Shown here piece by piece: positions 38,636 through 47,528 of a stretch of 64,000 bases of DNA (positions are counted from its first letter, which is position 1; each line of letters starts with the position of its first letter). The stretch lies in IMG/VR virus record IMGVR_UViG_3300044712_000123; one strand, written 5' to 3'. The translations under genes were made by a program, and so were the position numbers. The notes beneath the pieces are model-generated. The model saw only the letters and a program-made list of their open reading frames with translations. It was not told the origin of the DNA and searched no databases. The DNA is from a virus. Lineage: Duplodnaviria; Heunggongvirae; Uroviricota; Caudoviricetes.

Positions 38636-40417
38636 ATGACATATAAAAAACGTTTTGCAAATAAGAGTGGCGTAACAAGCCCAATTTCTGGTGGCAACAG
38701 CAATGCTGGCGCCTGGAACGGTAGTCCTGGACAGAACGGGTCATCTACTGGAGGATGGAACAGTGATGACTTCGGATACAAGAATTATGGTTCACGATTA
38801 CCAGAAGTCTATACAGGACACCCTAACCGCATCGAACGTTACAATCAGTATGAAATGATGGACGTTGATGCTGAAATTAACGCATGTTTAGACATTATCG
38901 CTGAGTTCAGTACTCAGAAGAACGAACACAATAAGACACCATTCAACTTAGAATTCAGCGAAGATCCAACACAGCACGAAGTAGAATTACTAAAAGCACA
39001 ATTACAACAGTGGTGTAAGCTGAATGAATTCGACACAAGAGCATTCAAAATCTTCCGTAATGCTATCAAATACGGAGATCAATTGTTCGTCAGAGACCCA
39101 GAGAACTTCAAGTTATACTGGATTGATATGACCAAAGTCATCAAAGTTATCGTTAACGAAAGTGAAGGCAAGAAGCCAGAGCAATACGTTATCAAAGATA
39201 TTAACATCAATCTACAGAATTTAACAGTAGCAACAAAGACTAACACTGACTTTGCTGCTAATCCTGCAACAGGCCTAGGTGGTACAGGTGGCGGTGGTCA
39301 AGGTGGAGGCTACACAGTTCCATCTATGCCATATAATACAACTGGTTCACGTTTTACTTTGGGTCAAAGTGAGTCAGCAGTTGATGCTAAACACATTGTT
39401 CACTTGAGTTTAACAGAAGGTCTAGATAGATTTTGGCCATTTGGTCAGTCGATCTTAGAGAACATTTTCAAGATTTACAAACAAAAAGAACTATTAGAAG
39501 ACGCTGTTCTTATCTATCGTGTTCAACGTGCTCCTGAACGTAGAGTGTTCAAGATTGACGTTGGTAACATGCCCAGTCACATGGCTATGGCATTCGTTGA
39601 ACGTATCAAAAACGAAATTCACCAAAGACGTATTCCATCAGCACACGGTGGCGCATCTGTATTGGATGCAACATACAATCCATTGTCAATGAACGAAGAT
39701 TACTTCTTTCCGGTCACCGCTGATGGCCGTGGGTCGAGCGTTGATCTATTACCCGGAGGTCAAAACTTAGGTGAGATCGATGACTTACGCTACTTCAACA
39801 ATAGGTTAGCTCGTGGTTTGCGAGTGCCAAGTAGCTATTTACCAACAGGTCCAGATGATAACCCTACTCCATTGAGTGATGGTCGTGTTGGTACTGCAAT
39901 GATTCAAGAGTTTCGCTTTAACCAATACTGTGAACGTCTACAAAAATATGTTAGTCAAAAACTAGATGAAGAATTCAAATTGTTCTTGCGTTGGAGAGGC
40001 TTCAATATTGATTCAAGCCTATTCACATTAGAATTCAATCCACCTCAAAACTTTGCATCGTATCGTCAAGCTGAATTAGATACAGCACGTATCAGTTCAT
40101 TCAGTGCAATCGAACAGTATCCATATATTTCTAAGCGTTTTGCATTAGAAAGATTCTTGGGATTAACCGAAGAAGAAATTTCTAAGAACGAAACACTATG
40201 GCGTGAAGAAAACAACAAAGATCAAGACGTTGAACCAGAAGGTAGTGATCTACGTAACATTGGCGTATCTGCTGGTGATATGGACTCCGATCAACAAGTG
40301 GCTGATGACTTAGAAAATGCTCCTGAAGAGGGAGATATGCCAGAAGTAGCAGGAGCAGTTGGTGATACAGCAGGCCCAATGCCAGGTAATCCAGCTCCAG
40401 GTGGCACTGGAATGTAA
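38636..40417 (+). CDS. gp20: Portal protein (gp20-like)
   Basis: LLEDAVLIYRVQRAPERRVFKIDVGNMP, EDYFFP and LPGGQNLGEIDDLRYF are hallmark gp20 motifs. Confidence 0.95.
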   Translation: MTYKKRFANKSGVTSPISGGNSNAGAWNGSPGQNGSSTGGWNSDDFGYKNYGSRLPEVYTGHPNRIERYNQYEMMDVDAEINACLDIIAEFSTQKNEHNKTPFNLEFSEDPTQHEVELLKAQLQQWCKLNEFDTRAFKIFRNAIKYGDQLFVRDPENFKLYWIDMTKVIKVIVNESEGKKPEQYVIKDININLQNLTVATKTNTDFAANPATGLGGTGGGGQGGGYTVPSMPYNTTGSRFTLGQSESAVDAKHIVHLSLTEGLDRFWPFGQSILENIFKIYKQKELLEDAVLIYRVQRAPERRVFKIDVGNMPSHMAMAFVERIKNEIHQRRIPSAHGGASVLDATYNPLSMNEDYFFPVTADGRGSSVDLLPGGQNLGEIDDLRYFNNRLARGLRVPSSYLPTGPDDNPTPLSDGRVGTAMIQEFRFNQYCERLQKYVSQKLDEEFKLFLRWRGFNIDSSLFTLEFNPPQNFASYRQAELDTARISSFSAIEQYPYISKRFALERFLGLTEEEISKNETLWREENNKDQDVEPEGSDLRNIGVSAGDMDSDQQVADDLENAPEEGDMPEVAGAVGDTAGPMPGNPAPGGTGM

Positions 40418-40435
40418 CCAGAGATAAATAAGAAT

Positions 40436-40669
40436 ATGCAATTATTTGAAATGTTTGACGCAGCTATTCCAGGTTATCAAGATGTAGCATCTGATAACTC
40501 TAAGCCAAAGTGGAAAGAAAGCCGCAAAACTAAATTGACGTTAAGACAAATTCGTAAATTACGTAAGATGTTAGACGTTAGAAATTACGAAAAACAAAAG
40601 TATTTAAAGAAGGTTCATGAACAGTATGGACCGCAAGCAAACCCCGAAGCAGCACCTGGTGGGTTGTAA
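40436..40669 (+). CDS. Small head-module hypothetical protein
   Basis: 77 aa, basic RKTKLTLRQIRKLRKM; GATAAATA 5 nt upstream; followed by a terminator. Confidence 0.75.
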   Translation: MQLFEMFDAAIPGYQDVASDNSKPKWKESRKTKLTLRQIRKLRKMLDVRNYEKQKYLKKVHEQYGPQANPEAAPGGL

Positions 40670-40700
40670 TTTGCATATTCTAGGCAAAAACGCAAAAAAT

Positions 40701-40723
40701 GAGCACTTATTGTGCTCTTTTTT
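40701..40723 (+). terminator. Rho-independent terminator
   Basis: GAGCAC-ttatt-GTGCTC followed by T6; an A-run upstream suggests it may be bidirectional. Confidence 0.75.
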
Positions 40724-40732
40724 ATGATAGCC

Positions 40733-40740
40733 ACTAAATA
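40733..40740 (+). promoter_or_regulatory. Late-type promoter ACTAAATA for the prohead/capsid operon
   Basis: Directly after the terminator; AGGAGA RBS before ATG 40775. Confidence 0.6.
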
Positions 40741-40774
40741 ATTCTACAAAGCCATTCTACTTAGGAGATAAACA

Positions 40775-41620
40775 ATGGATAACAAAAAATTTGAAGCGTT
40801 GATCGAGTTAATCATCAACGAAAATGAAGAACAAGCAAAAGCATTGTTCCATGATATCGTGGTTGAGAAATCCCGCGAAATTTATGAATCAATGATGTAT
40901 GACGAAGGAATGGATGAAGGCATGGGCGGTCAAGTAGGTGATCTACTAGACGAAATCAATGCTGAAGAATCTGGTGTTGTTGAAGGTGATGACGAAGAAG
41001 AATTCGACATTGCTGCTGACGATGACGGTGAAGAAGAAATCGTTGACATCGAAGCTGACGGCGATATGGATGGCGGCGAAGAAGACCTAGAAGGTCGTGT
41101 CGTTGAAATCGAAGACAAACTAGACCAGTTGATGGCTGAATTCGAAGAAATCATGGGCGGTGACGCAGGTGATGACGTAGAAGACATGGGCGGTGACGAA
41201 GACTTTGGCGCTGAAGAAGGCGAAGAAGATTTTGGCGGCGAAGAAGAAGCTATGATGGAAGCTGTTCAACTAAAGAAAATCGGTGGCGAAACTTATAACA
41301 AGTTTGGTCAAATGGGTGACAATGGTGATCAAACTAAGAGCCCAGGACTACAAGGTTCAGGTCAAGCTGGTATGGACAGCAAGCCAGTTAAATTCGCTGG
41401 TTCATCTGAGTCAGTCCCGACAAGTGCAAAAGCTCCAAGCAATGCGTACACTAAAGGTGAGACACAAGTTAAAGGCGCCGGTTCATTCAAGAATGCTCCT
41501 GCTCAAAACAACTTCTCTGAGAAGGGCGAAAAAGCTCCTGCTCCAGTCAAGTCTCAAGCAACAGGCGTAAACGCAAAGAGCCCAGTAGCAGAATCACGTA
41601 CTGCTAAGAAGCGTATCTAA
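40775..41620 (+). CDS. Highly acidic putative prohead core protein
   Basis: Asp/Glu-rich 281 aa ORF between portal and protease, the position of T4 gp67/gp68 core proteins. Confidence 0.6.
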   Translation: MDNKKFEALIELIINENEEQAKALFHDIVVEKSREIYESMMYDEGMDEGMGGQVGDLLDEINAEESGVVEGDDEEEFDIAADDDGEEEIVDIEADGDMDGGEEDLEGRVVEIEDKLDQLMAEFEEIMGGDAGDDVEDMGGDEDFGAEEGEEDFGGEEEAMMEAVQLKKIGGETYNKFGQMGDNGDQTKSPGLQGSGQAGMDSKPVKFAGSSESVPTSAKAPSNAYTKGETQVKGAGSFKNAPAQNNFSEKGEKAPAPVKSQATGVNAKSPVAESRTAKKRI

Positions 41621-41637
41621 TCGGAATCTGAGAGAAA

Positions 41638-42282
41638 ATGGCTTTGTATCTCAAAGAACATCTAACTTTCGACAGAGCCGGAATGGTGGTCGAAAGTGAA
41701 GGTGAAGGCAAAGGAAAATCCCTTTATATGAAGGGTATTTTCATTCAGGGTGGGGTAAAAAACGCTAATGAGCGTGTTTACCCTGTTTCTGAAATCGAAT
41801 CTGCCGTTAATACTCTCAACGAACAAATTACAGGTGGCTACTCAGTCTTAGGCGAAGTAGATCACCCTGATGATCTTAAAATTAACTTAGACCGTGTTTC
41901 ACATATGATTACATCTATGTGGATGGATGGTGCTAATGGCTTCGGCAAATTAAAGATTTTACCAACTCCAATGGGTCAGTTAGTGACTACAATGTTAGAG
42001 TCTGGTGTCAAACTTGGCGTATCTAGTCGTGGTAGCGGTAACGTGAACGATATGGACGGCCGTGTCAGTGACTTTGAAATAGTTACTGTGGATATTGTTG
42101 CTCAACCGAGCGCTCCAAATGCTTATCCAAAAGCAATTTATGAAGGTATGATGAATATGCGTCATGGTCATAAGATGTTGGATATTGCGAAAGAAGCTCA
42201 GAGTGACAGAAAAGTACAGAGATATCTTCAAGAGGAAGTAATGCGCCTCATCAAGGATCTCAAAATTAATAAAGGGGATTAA
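41638..42282 (+). CDS. gp21: Prohead protease (gp21-like)
   Basis: GIFIQGGVKNANERVYP, LGEVDHP, VSH, LGVSSRGSG and DIVAQPSAPNA motifs. Confidence 0.95.
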   Translation: MALYLKEHLTFDRAGMVVESEGEGKGKSLYMKGIFIQGGVKNANERVYPVSEIESAVNTLNEQITGGYSVLGEVDHPDDLKINLDRVSHMITSMWMDGANGFGKLKILPTPMGQLVTTMLESGVKLGVSSRGSGNVNDMDGRVSDFEIVTVDIVAQPSAPNAYPKAIYEGMMNMRHGHKMLDIAKEAQSDRKVQRYLQEEVMRLIKDLKINKGD

Positions 42283-42284
42283 GC

Positions 42285-43385
42285 ATGTTAGATGCTATCA
42301 AACCATTACTTGAAAGTGGATTAATCAACCAAGAAACTTCACAGGCTCTTAACGAGGCGTGGGAATCAAAGTTGCTAGAAGCCCGCGAACAAGTACGTGC
42401 CGAACTTCGTGAAGAATTCGCACAACGTTACGAACACGATAGAGTCGTGATGGTTGAAGCCCTAGATAAGATGGTTACAGAAAGCCTATCAAGCGAAATT
42501 GAAGAATTCCGCGCTGAGAAGCAAGCAATGAATGAAGACCGTATTCAAGCACAGGTTAAGTTACGTGAAAGCGCAACAAAGTTCAACAACTTCATGGTTA
42601 CTAAACTAGCCGAAGAAATCAAAGAACTTCGTTCTGATCGCCAAATCGCCAAAGAGAGCCAGCAAAAGCTAGAGCAATTCATTGTTCACGCTTTAGCCCG
42701 CGAAATCAAGGAATTTGCACAGGACAAACAAGCTGTAGTTGAAGCAAAGGTTAAGTTAGTTGCTGAAGGTCGTTCACAATTAGAAGCATTGAAGTCACGT
42801 TTCGTTACTGAATCTGCTGCTCGTATGAACGCTGTTGTCACTAAACATCTAAAGGGTGAAATGTCTCAATTGAAAGAAGACATTAAAGTTGCTCGTGAGA
42901 ACAACTTTGGTCGTCGTATTTTTGAATCATTCGCAAGTGAATTCTCAGTTACTCATTTAAATGACAAAGCTGAAACTCGCAAGCTATTGAATCAACTTCA
43001 ATTGAAAGATCAACAACTAGAAGAATCTATTCAACAAGTCAACAACGCTAAGAAATTAGTGGAGTCAAAAGAACGTGAAGTTCGCATTATCAAAGAGTCT
43101 AATCTTCGTGAGAAGACTATGGCTGATTTGTTAGGTACTCTTAACGAGGAAAAAGCAAGCACAATGCGTAACTTACTAGAAAGTGTGCAGACTACCCGTC
43201 TACAAGCCGCTTTCGATAAGTATCTACCAGCAGTACTAAACACTGGCGCAGCAAAGAAGACTGAAAAGTCTACTTTGAGCGAAAGCGTTCAGGTTATTAC
43301 TGGGGATAAACAAACTGTCAAACAAGAAATTGATATGAGTCAACGTGATAACGTTATTGATATCAAACGTCTGGCAGGGCTATAA
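42285..43385 (+). CDS. gp22: Prohead scaffold protein (gp22-like)
   Basis: Coiled-coil Glu/Lys-rich ORF between protease and major capsid, with many L-x-E sites. Confidence 0.8.
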   Translation: MLDAIKPLLESGLINQETSQALNEAWESKLLEAREQVRAELREEFAQRYEHDRVVMVEALDKMVTESLSSEIEEFRAEKQAMNEDRIQAQVKLRESATKFNNFMVTKLAEEIKELRSDRQIAKESQQKLEQFIVHALAREIKEFAQDKQAVVEAKVKLVAEGRSQLEALKSRFVTESAARMNAVVTKHLKGEMSQLKEDIKVARENNFGRRIFESFASEFSVTHLNDKAETRKLLNQLQLKDQQLEESIQQVNNAKKLVESKEREVRIIKESNLREKTMADLLGTLNEEKASTMRNLLESVQTTRLQAAFDKYLPAVLNTGAAKKTEKSTLSESVQVITGDKQTVKQEIDMSQRDNVIDIKRLAGL

Positions 43386-43415
43386 AATTAACGACATCTA
43401 TAGGAGAATATTAAA

Positions 43416-44612
43416 ATGTCAAAAGTTCTATTAGAAAGCCGTTGGGGCGAAACCAAAGAGGCCCTGTTAGAAGGCTTAAAGGGCACTCGCCGCTCAACAA
43501 TGGGTGTGATCTTAGAAAACACCAAAAAACAGTTACTTGCTGAATCTACAGCCGGTACTACAACTGCAGGTAACATCGCTACATTAAACCGTGTGATTCT
43601 TCCTGTTATCCGTCGTGTAATGCCAACAGTTATCGCTAACGAGTTGGTAGGCGTTCAGCCAATGACTGGTCCAGTTGGTCAAATCCACACTCTACGTGTA
43701 CGTTACGCTCAATCATTGACTGATAACAGTGCTGCACAAACTAGCGTAACAGCTGGTGAAGAAGCATTGAGCCCATTCAAGATCGCTCAAGCGTATTCAC
43801 GTTCACCAAAGGATGCTACATCTTCTGATTACTATACTGCTAACAACACTGCTGCCCTAGAAGGCAACGGTGGTAAGCAGATCAGCGTTCAGATTCTACG
43901 TCAGGCTGTTGAAGCTAAGTCACGTAAGTTGCAAGCACGTTGGACATTCGAAGCTGCTCAAGACGCACAAAGCCAACATGGTATTGACGTTGAAGCAGAA
44001 ATCATGGCCGCTTTAGCACAAGAAATTACTGCTGAAATCGACCAAGAAATCTTGTTGTCTCTACGTACATTGGCTACGACTGAGTATACATACAACCAAG
44101 CTACTGTATCTGGTACAGCTACTTACGTTGGTGACGAACACGCTGCTCTAGCTGTTCTAATCAACCGTGTTGCTAACTTGATCGCTCAACGCACTCGTCG
44201 TGGCGCTGGTAACTGGGCTGTTGTTTCTTCTGCTGCATTGACAGTATTGCAATCTGCAACTACTTCTGCATTCGCACGTACAACAGAAGGTACTTTCGAA
44301 GCTCCTACAAACACTAAGTTTGTTGGTACATTGAACGGCGCAATGCGCGTGTTCGTTGACTCATACGCTCCTGACACTACACCAGTATTGGTTGGTTATA
44401 AGGGTTCTAGCGAAACTGATGCAGCGGCATTCTATTGCCCATACATCCCATTGATGTCTTCAGGCGTTGTCTTGGATCCGTCAACATTCGAACCAGTCGT
44501 GTCATTCATGACTCGTTATGGTTACATCGAATTGACTAACACAGCATCTAGCTTCGGTAACGCTGCTGATTACGTTGGTGAAATCGCTGTTCAAAACTTG
44601 ACATTCCAATAA
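43416..44612 (+). CDS. gp23: Major capsid protein (gp23-like)
   Basis: LPVIRRVMPTVIANELVGVQPMTGPVGQI, VEAKSRKLQARWTFEAAQD, LAQEITAEIDQEI, FYCPYIPL and FMTRYG motifs. Confidence 0.96.
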   Translation: MSKVLLESRWGETKEALLEGLKGTRRSTMGVILENTKKQLLAESTAGTTTAGNIATLNRVILPVIRRVMPTVIANELVGVQPMTGPVGQIHTLRVRYAQSLTDNSAAQTSVTAGEEALSPFKIAQAYSRSPKDATSSDYYTANNTAALEGNGGKQISVQILRQAVEAKSRKLQARWTFEAAQDAQSQHGIDVEAEIMAALAQEITAEIDQEILLSLRTLATTEYTYNQATVSGTATYVGDEHAALAVLINRVANLIAQRTRRGAGNWAVVSSAALTVLQSATTSAFARTTEGTFEAPTNTKFVGTLNGAMRVFVDSYAPDTTPVLVGYKGSSETDAAAFYCPYIPLMSSGVVLDPSTFEPVVSFMTRYGYIELTNTASSFGNAADYVGEIAVQNLTFQ

Positions 44613-44669
44613 AATCGGAATCTTCTTGTTCGGGAGCACAGACTACGGTCTGTGTTACGGGAAGGAACT

Positions 44670-44694
44670 AAAGAGCACTTCGGTGCTCTTTTTT
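44670..44694 (+). terminator. Rho-independent terminator after major capsid
   Basis: AAAGAGCAC-TTCG-GTGCTCTTT-TTT with a C(UUCG)G tetraloop. Confidence 0.9.
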
Positions 44695-44723
44695 ACGGCT
44701 ATCGAAAGGTGATAAATATAAGC

Positions 44724-45770
44724 ATGGCAAATAGATATTGGGTTGGCGGTACAGGCACATGGGATACTACTAGTACCACAAATTGGTCAGCTTCTACCGG
44801 AGGTGCAAGTGGTGCATCAGTACCTACGGCATCTGACTCTGTATTCTTTGACCAAGCAGCCACGTACACTGTGACAATGACAGGTGCTCTAGCTTGTTTA
44901 GATATAACTGTTTCTGCGGGTACAGTGACTTTTGCAACAGGAACAAGTCCAACGATTGCAATTAGTGGATCAATGTCGTTAGTTGCCGGAACAGTATGGA
45001 GTTCTACTGGGTTAGTTACATTTAATTCGACAGCAACTGGAAAAACAATTACAACAAACGGAGTATCAATCAGTGCTGGTATTACGTTTAATGGTGTAGG
45101 TGGTGCATGGACTCTTGGCAGCGCATTAACTACAGCAGGTGCAATAACTGTTACTAATGGCAGTTTCAACGCTTCTACTTACGCAGTTACCGCAGCAAGT
45201 CTATCGTCTTCTAATACTAACATACGTACAATTGCAGTGGGTTCTGGTAAATGGACTCTTACTACCGGCGGGTGGCAGACAACAACATCTACGAACCTTA
45301 CTATTACGGGCACAGGAACAATCAGCTTGACTAGTGCATCTTCGAAGTCTTTTGCAGGGGGAAGTAAATCCTATTCAGGCATTACCTTGGACCAAGGTGG
45401 TGCAGGTGCATTGACTATTAGTGGTAGTAATACATTCAAAGATATTACTAACACATACAGTACAGTTGGGGCAACAATTGTTGCTTTCAGTGGTGGTACA
45501 ACTACTACTTTTACCTCGTTTAACTTGACGGGTACTGCTGGAAAAGTTTGTACGTTTGGATCATCTACAACGACCCCTGCAATTTTACAGAAACCCTCAG
45601 CATGGCTAATGGGTGCAAACTCTGTTGACCAAGGAGACAACATTGGATTGTCGTTTACGGCAGGGGGCGGTATTGATTATGTAGCAGTCAGTTTTATTAC
45701 TGGGGTAGTTATTACATCGGGTATTAGCCTAAGTGGCATGTCAATAAGTGGTGGAGTAACATTTGCATGA
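44724..45770 (+). CDS. Gly/Thr/Ser-rich beta-solenoid protein, probably virion-associated
   Basis: MANRYWVGGTGTWD...NWSASTGGASGASVPT..D.VFFD start; GATAAATA 5 nt upstream; the track's 44652 start overlaps the terminator, so it was moved to 44724. Confidence 0.65.
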   Translation: MANRYWVGGTGTWDTTSTTNWSASTGGASGASVPTASDSVFFDQAATYTVTMTGALACLDITVSAGTVTFATGTSPTIAISGSMSLVAGTVWSSTGLVTFNSTATGKTITTNGVSISAGITFNGVGGAWTLGSALTTAGAITVTNGSFNASTYAVTAASLSSSNTNIRTIAVGSGKWTLTTGGWQTTTSTNLTITGTGTISLTSASSKSFAGGSKSYSGITLDQGGAGALTISGSNTFKDITNTYSTVGATIVAFSGGTTTTFTSFNLTGTAGKVCTFGSSTTTPAILQKPSAWLMGANSVDQGDNIGLSFTAGGGIDYVAVSFITGVVITSGISLSGMSISGGVTFA

Positions 45771-46138
45771 TAGTGTTAGCACCGATCTCTGTAGGTGAAC
45801 TGATTGACAAGATCACTATTCTAGAACTTAAATTGTTGTTCATTGCGGATCCTCTCAAACGAGCAAACGTAATGATTGAACATGGACATCTATGTTCTAC
45901 TCTTGAGTTATTGAATCTACCTGACGTAACTGACTTGCGCTCACAGTTGTATGAAGTAAACAAAGAGTTATGGCACATCGAGAATTACAAACGTGATTCT
46001 GAAAAGAATCAGGAGTTTGGTGATGGTTTCATCAATGCAGCAAGACAAGTCTATATGAAAAACGACATTCGAGCTAGTATTAAGAAACAGATCAACGAAT
46101 TAGTTGGCTCTACTATCGTTGAAGAAAAAAGTTATTGA
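45767..46138 (+). CDS. Conserved hypothetical protein (DUF6165-like)
   Basis: PISVGELIDKITILELK...VNKELWHIE...ARQVYMKNDIRASIKKQIN...EEKSY pattern. Confidence 0.7.
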   Translation: MIVLAPISVGELIDKITILELKLLFIADPLKRANVMIEHGHLCSTLELLNLPDVTDLRSQLYEVNKELWHIENYKRDSEKNQEFGDGFINAARQVYMKNDIRASIKKQINELVGSTIVEEKSY

Positions 46139-47052
46139 CTAATTCTCAGTGATTCAAAATCAGTGATATTCTCTCTATTAAGAAGATCCAAATTAGCGTG
46201 ATGCCAATCTAGTAGTCGACGGTAAAACTCCTCTTTCTTATCTACGATCATAAACTCTCTAGCCATGTATTCAGGGTCTTGAAAAATTTGTTGATAAAAT
46301 AGAGGATTAGCACGATGTGTGTTTATAGTTCTATTAACCCCCGGATGGTAATGTTTGATAGGAAACGTCACATTCTTATATCGTTGATATATCTCACTTA
46401 TCGGCTGTTCAAATACCCATTCAATAGAGGGTACCGACATTGAGTGTTGTTTTAACAATACTTCTAGTCTAATAATATGAGTATCGGTTATGCTATTCTC
46501 ACTCATATATTCCTCAACCAGTCTTATGATTTTTTGTTCTCTAGTGGGTATAGATTTACTGTTCAGTATAAATAAAAACTGTTTTAACTTCCCTTTATTT
46601 TTAACACATAATAGTGCTCGGGTGTACTGTCTCCATTGAATGGGTGCAAAAAGTACCCAAGTTTTTTTCTCTGTGTAACTTCTTTGAGTTAACAATTCTA
46701 ATTGTAGATGGTGTGCTCGAAACAACGGGATACTACACGTATCAAAATATTGTTCAGCTTCACTAATAGATTCTTCAGTAATCTTACCTTGTTCAATCAA
46801 AAAGTCAATGATTTCTGATCTAGATACTATACTTGCAGGGATAGTATTAAATATACTGCTATACAAGTTAGGATAATTAACAATTGTTCGATTCAAAACC
46901 GAGTCATACTGAGTATTGGTAGGATTGTTGTATACAGAAGAATATTGTGTTATTAGACTAGACATGAACTCACCTCCCTCTCCACCTTGATATAGTAAGA
47001 ACGCCTGAGGTCTATCTAGCAGTGTATTAAATCGATCAATTAAATTGGTCAT
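46132..47052 (-). CDS. Hypothetical protein
   Basis: Open frame; start reassigned to ATG 47052 (MTNLIDRF), 5 nt after TATAAATA, which also removes the overlap with the upstream gene. Confidence 0.7.
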   Translation of the reverse strand: MTNLIDRFNTLLDRPQAFLLYQGGEGGEFMSSLITQYSSVYNNPTNTQYDSVLNRTIVNYPNLYSSIFNTIPASIVSRSEIIDFLIEQGKITEESISEAEQYFDTCSIPLFRAHHLQLELLTQRSYTEKKTWVLFAPIQWRQYTRALLCVKNKGKLKQFLFILNSKSIPTREQKIIRLVEEYMSENSITDTHIIRLEVLLKQHSMSVPSIEWVFEQPISEIYQRYKNVTFPIKHYHPGVNRTINTHRANPLFYQQIFQDPEYMAREFMIVDKKEEFYRRLLDWHHANLDLLNRENITDFESLRISQ

Positions 47053-47068
47053 TAACATATTTATAAGG

Positions 47069-47434
47069 TTAAATTGTAACATCAGCATCAACTGTGATGT
47101 TGAGTATTGACTTCTTCTTCTCTCGTAGTTTCTTTTGATGCAATCTACTACAGTTGGCACAGACCGTAGTTAAGTTGCTTTTTTCTTTGTTCTTCTTGTC
47201 TCCATCTTTGTACACTATGTCAAGTTGACATTTATCTTGTGGTACAAAGCTACATACCTCACATGTATTCTTCTTGTTAAGCAAGTATCCATGCTTAGGG
47301 TTGTATGCTGCCTTGCTGCATTCAACACAGTATTTGTGCCACTTCTTAAACCCATGCTTGCTCATACCGTTGGGCTTTGCTAAGTTGATGTTACAGTTAC
47401 TACAGAAAGGTCTATGTGGTTGTTGTGTGAGCAT
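47069..47434 (-). CDS. Zn-finger / degenerate HNH-like protein
   Basis: Four CxxC pairs; C-terminal CEVC...QLDIVYKDGDKKNKEKSNLTTVCANC follows the HNH scaffold but lacks the His; TATAAATA 4 nt upstream. Confidence 0.7.
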   Translation of the reverse strand: MLTQQPHRPFCSNCNINLAKPNGMSKHGFKKWHKYCVECSKAAYNPKHGYLLNKKNTCEVCSFVPQDKCQLDIVYKDGDKKNKEKSNLTTVCANCSRLHQKKLREKKKSILNITVDADVTI

Positions 47435-47528
47435 GTAGTATTTATAAAGATCTCCTGGGTACTTTTTTCGTCATTTTTATTTTGGCTTTATTGATAAATA
47501 TATTATAACAAATAAACCAGGATACTCT

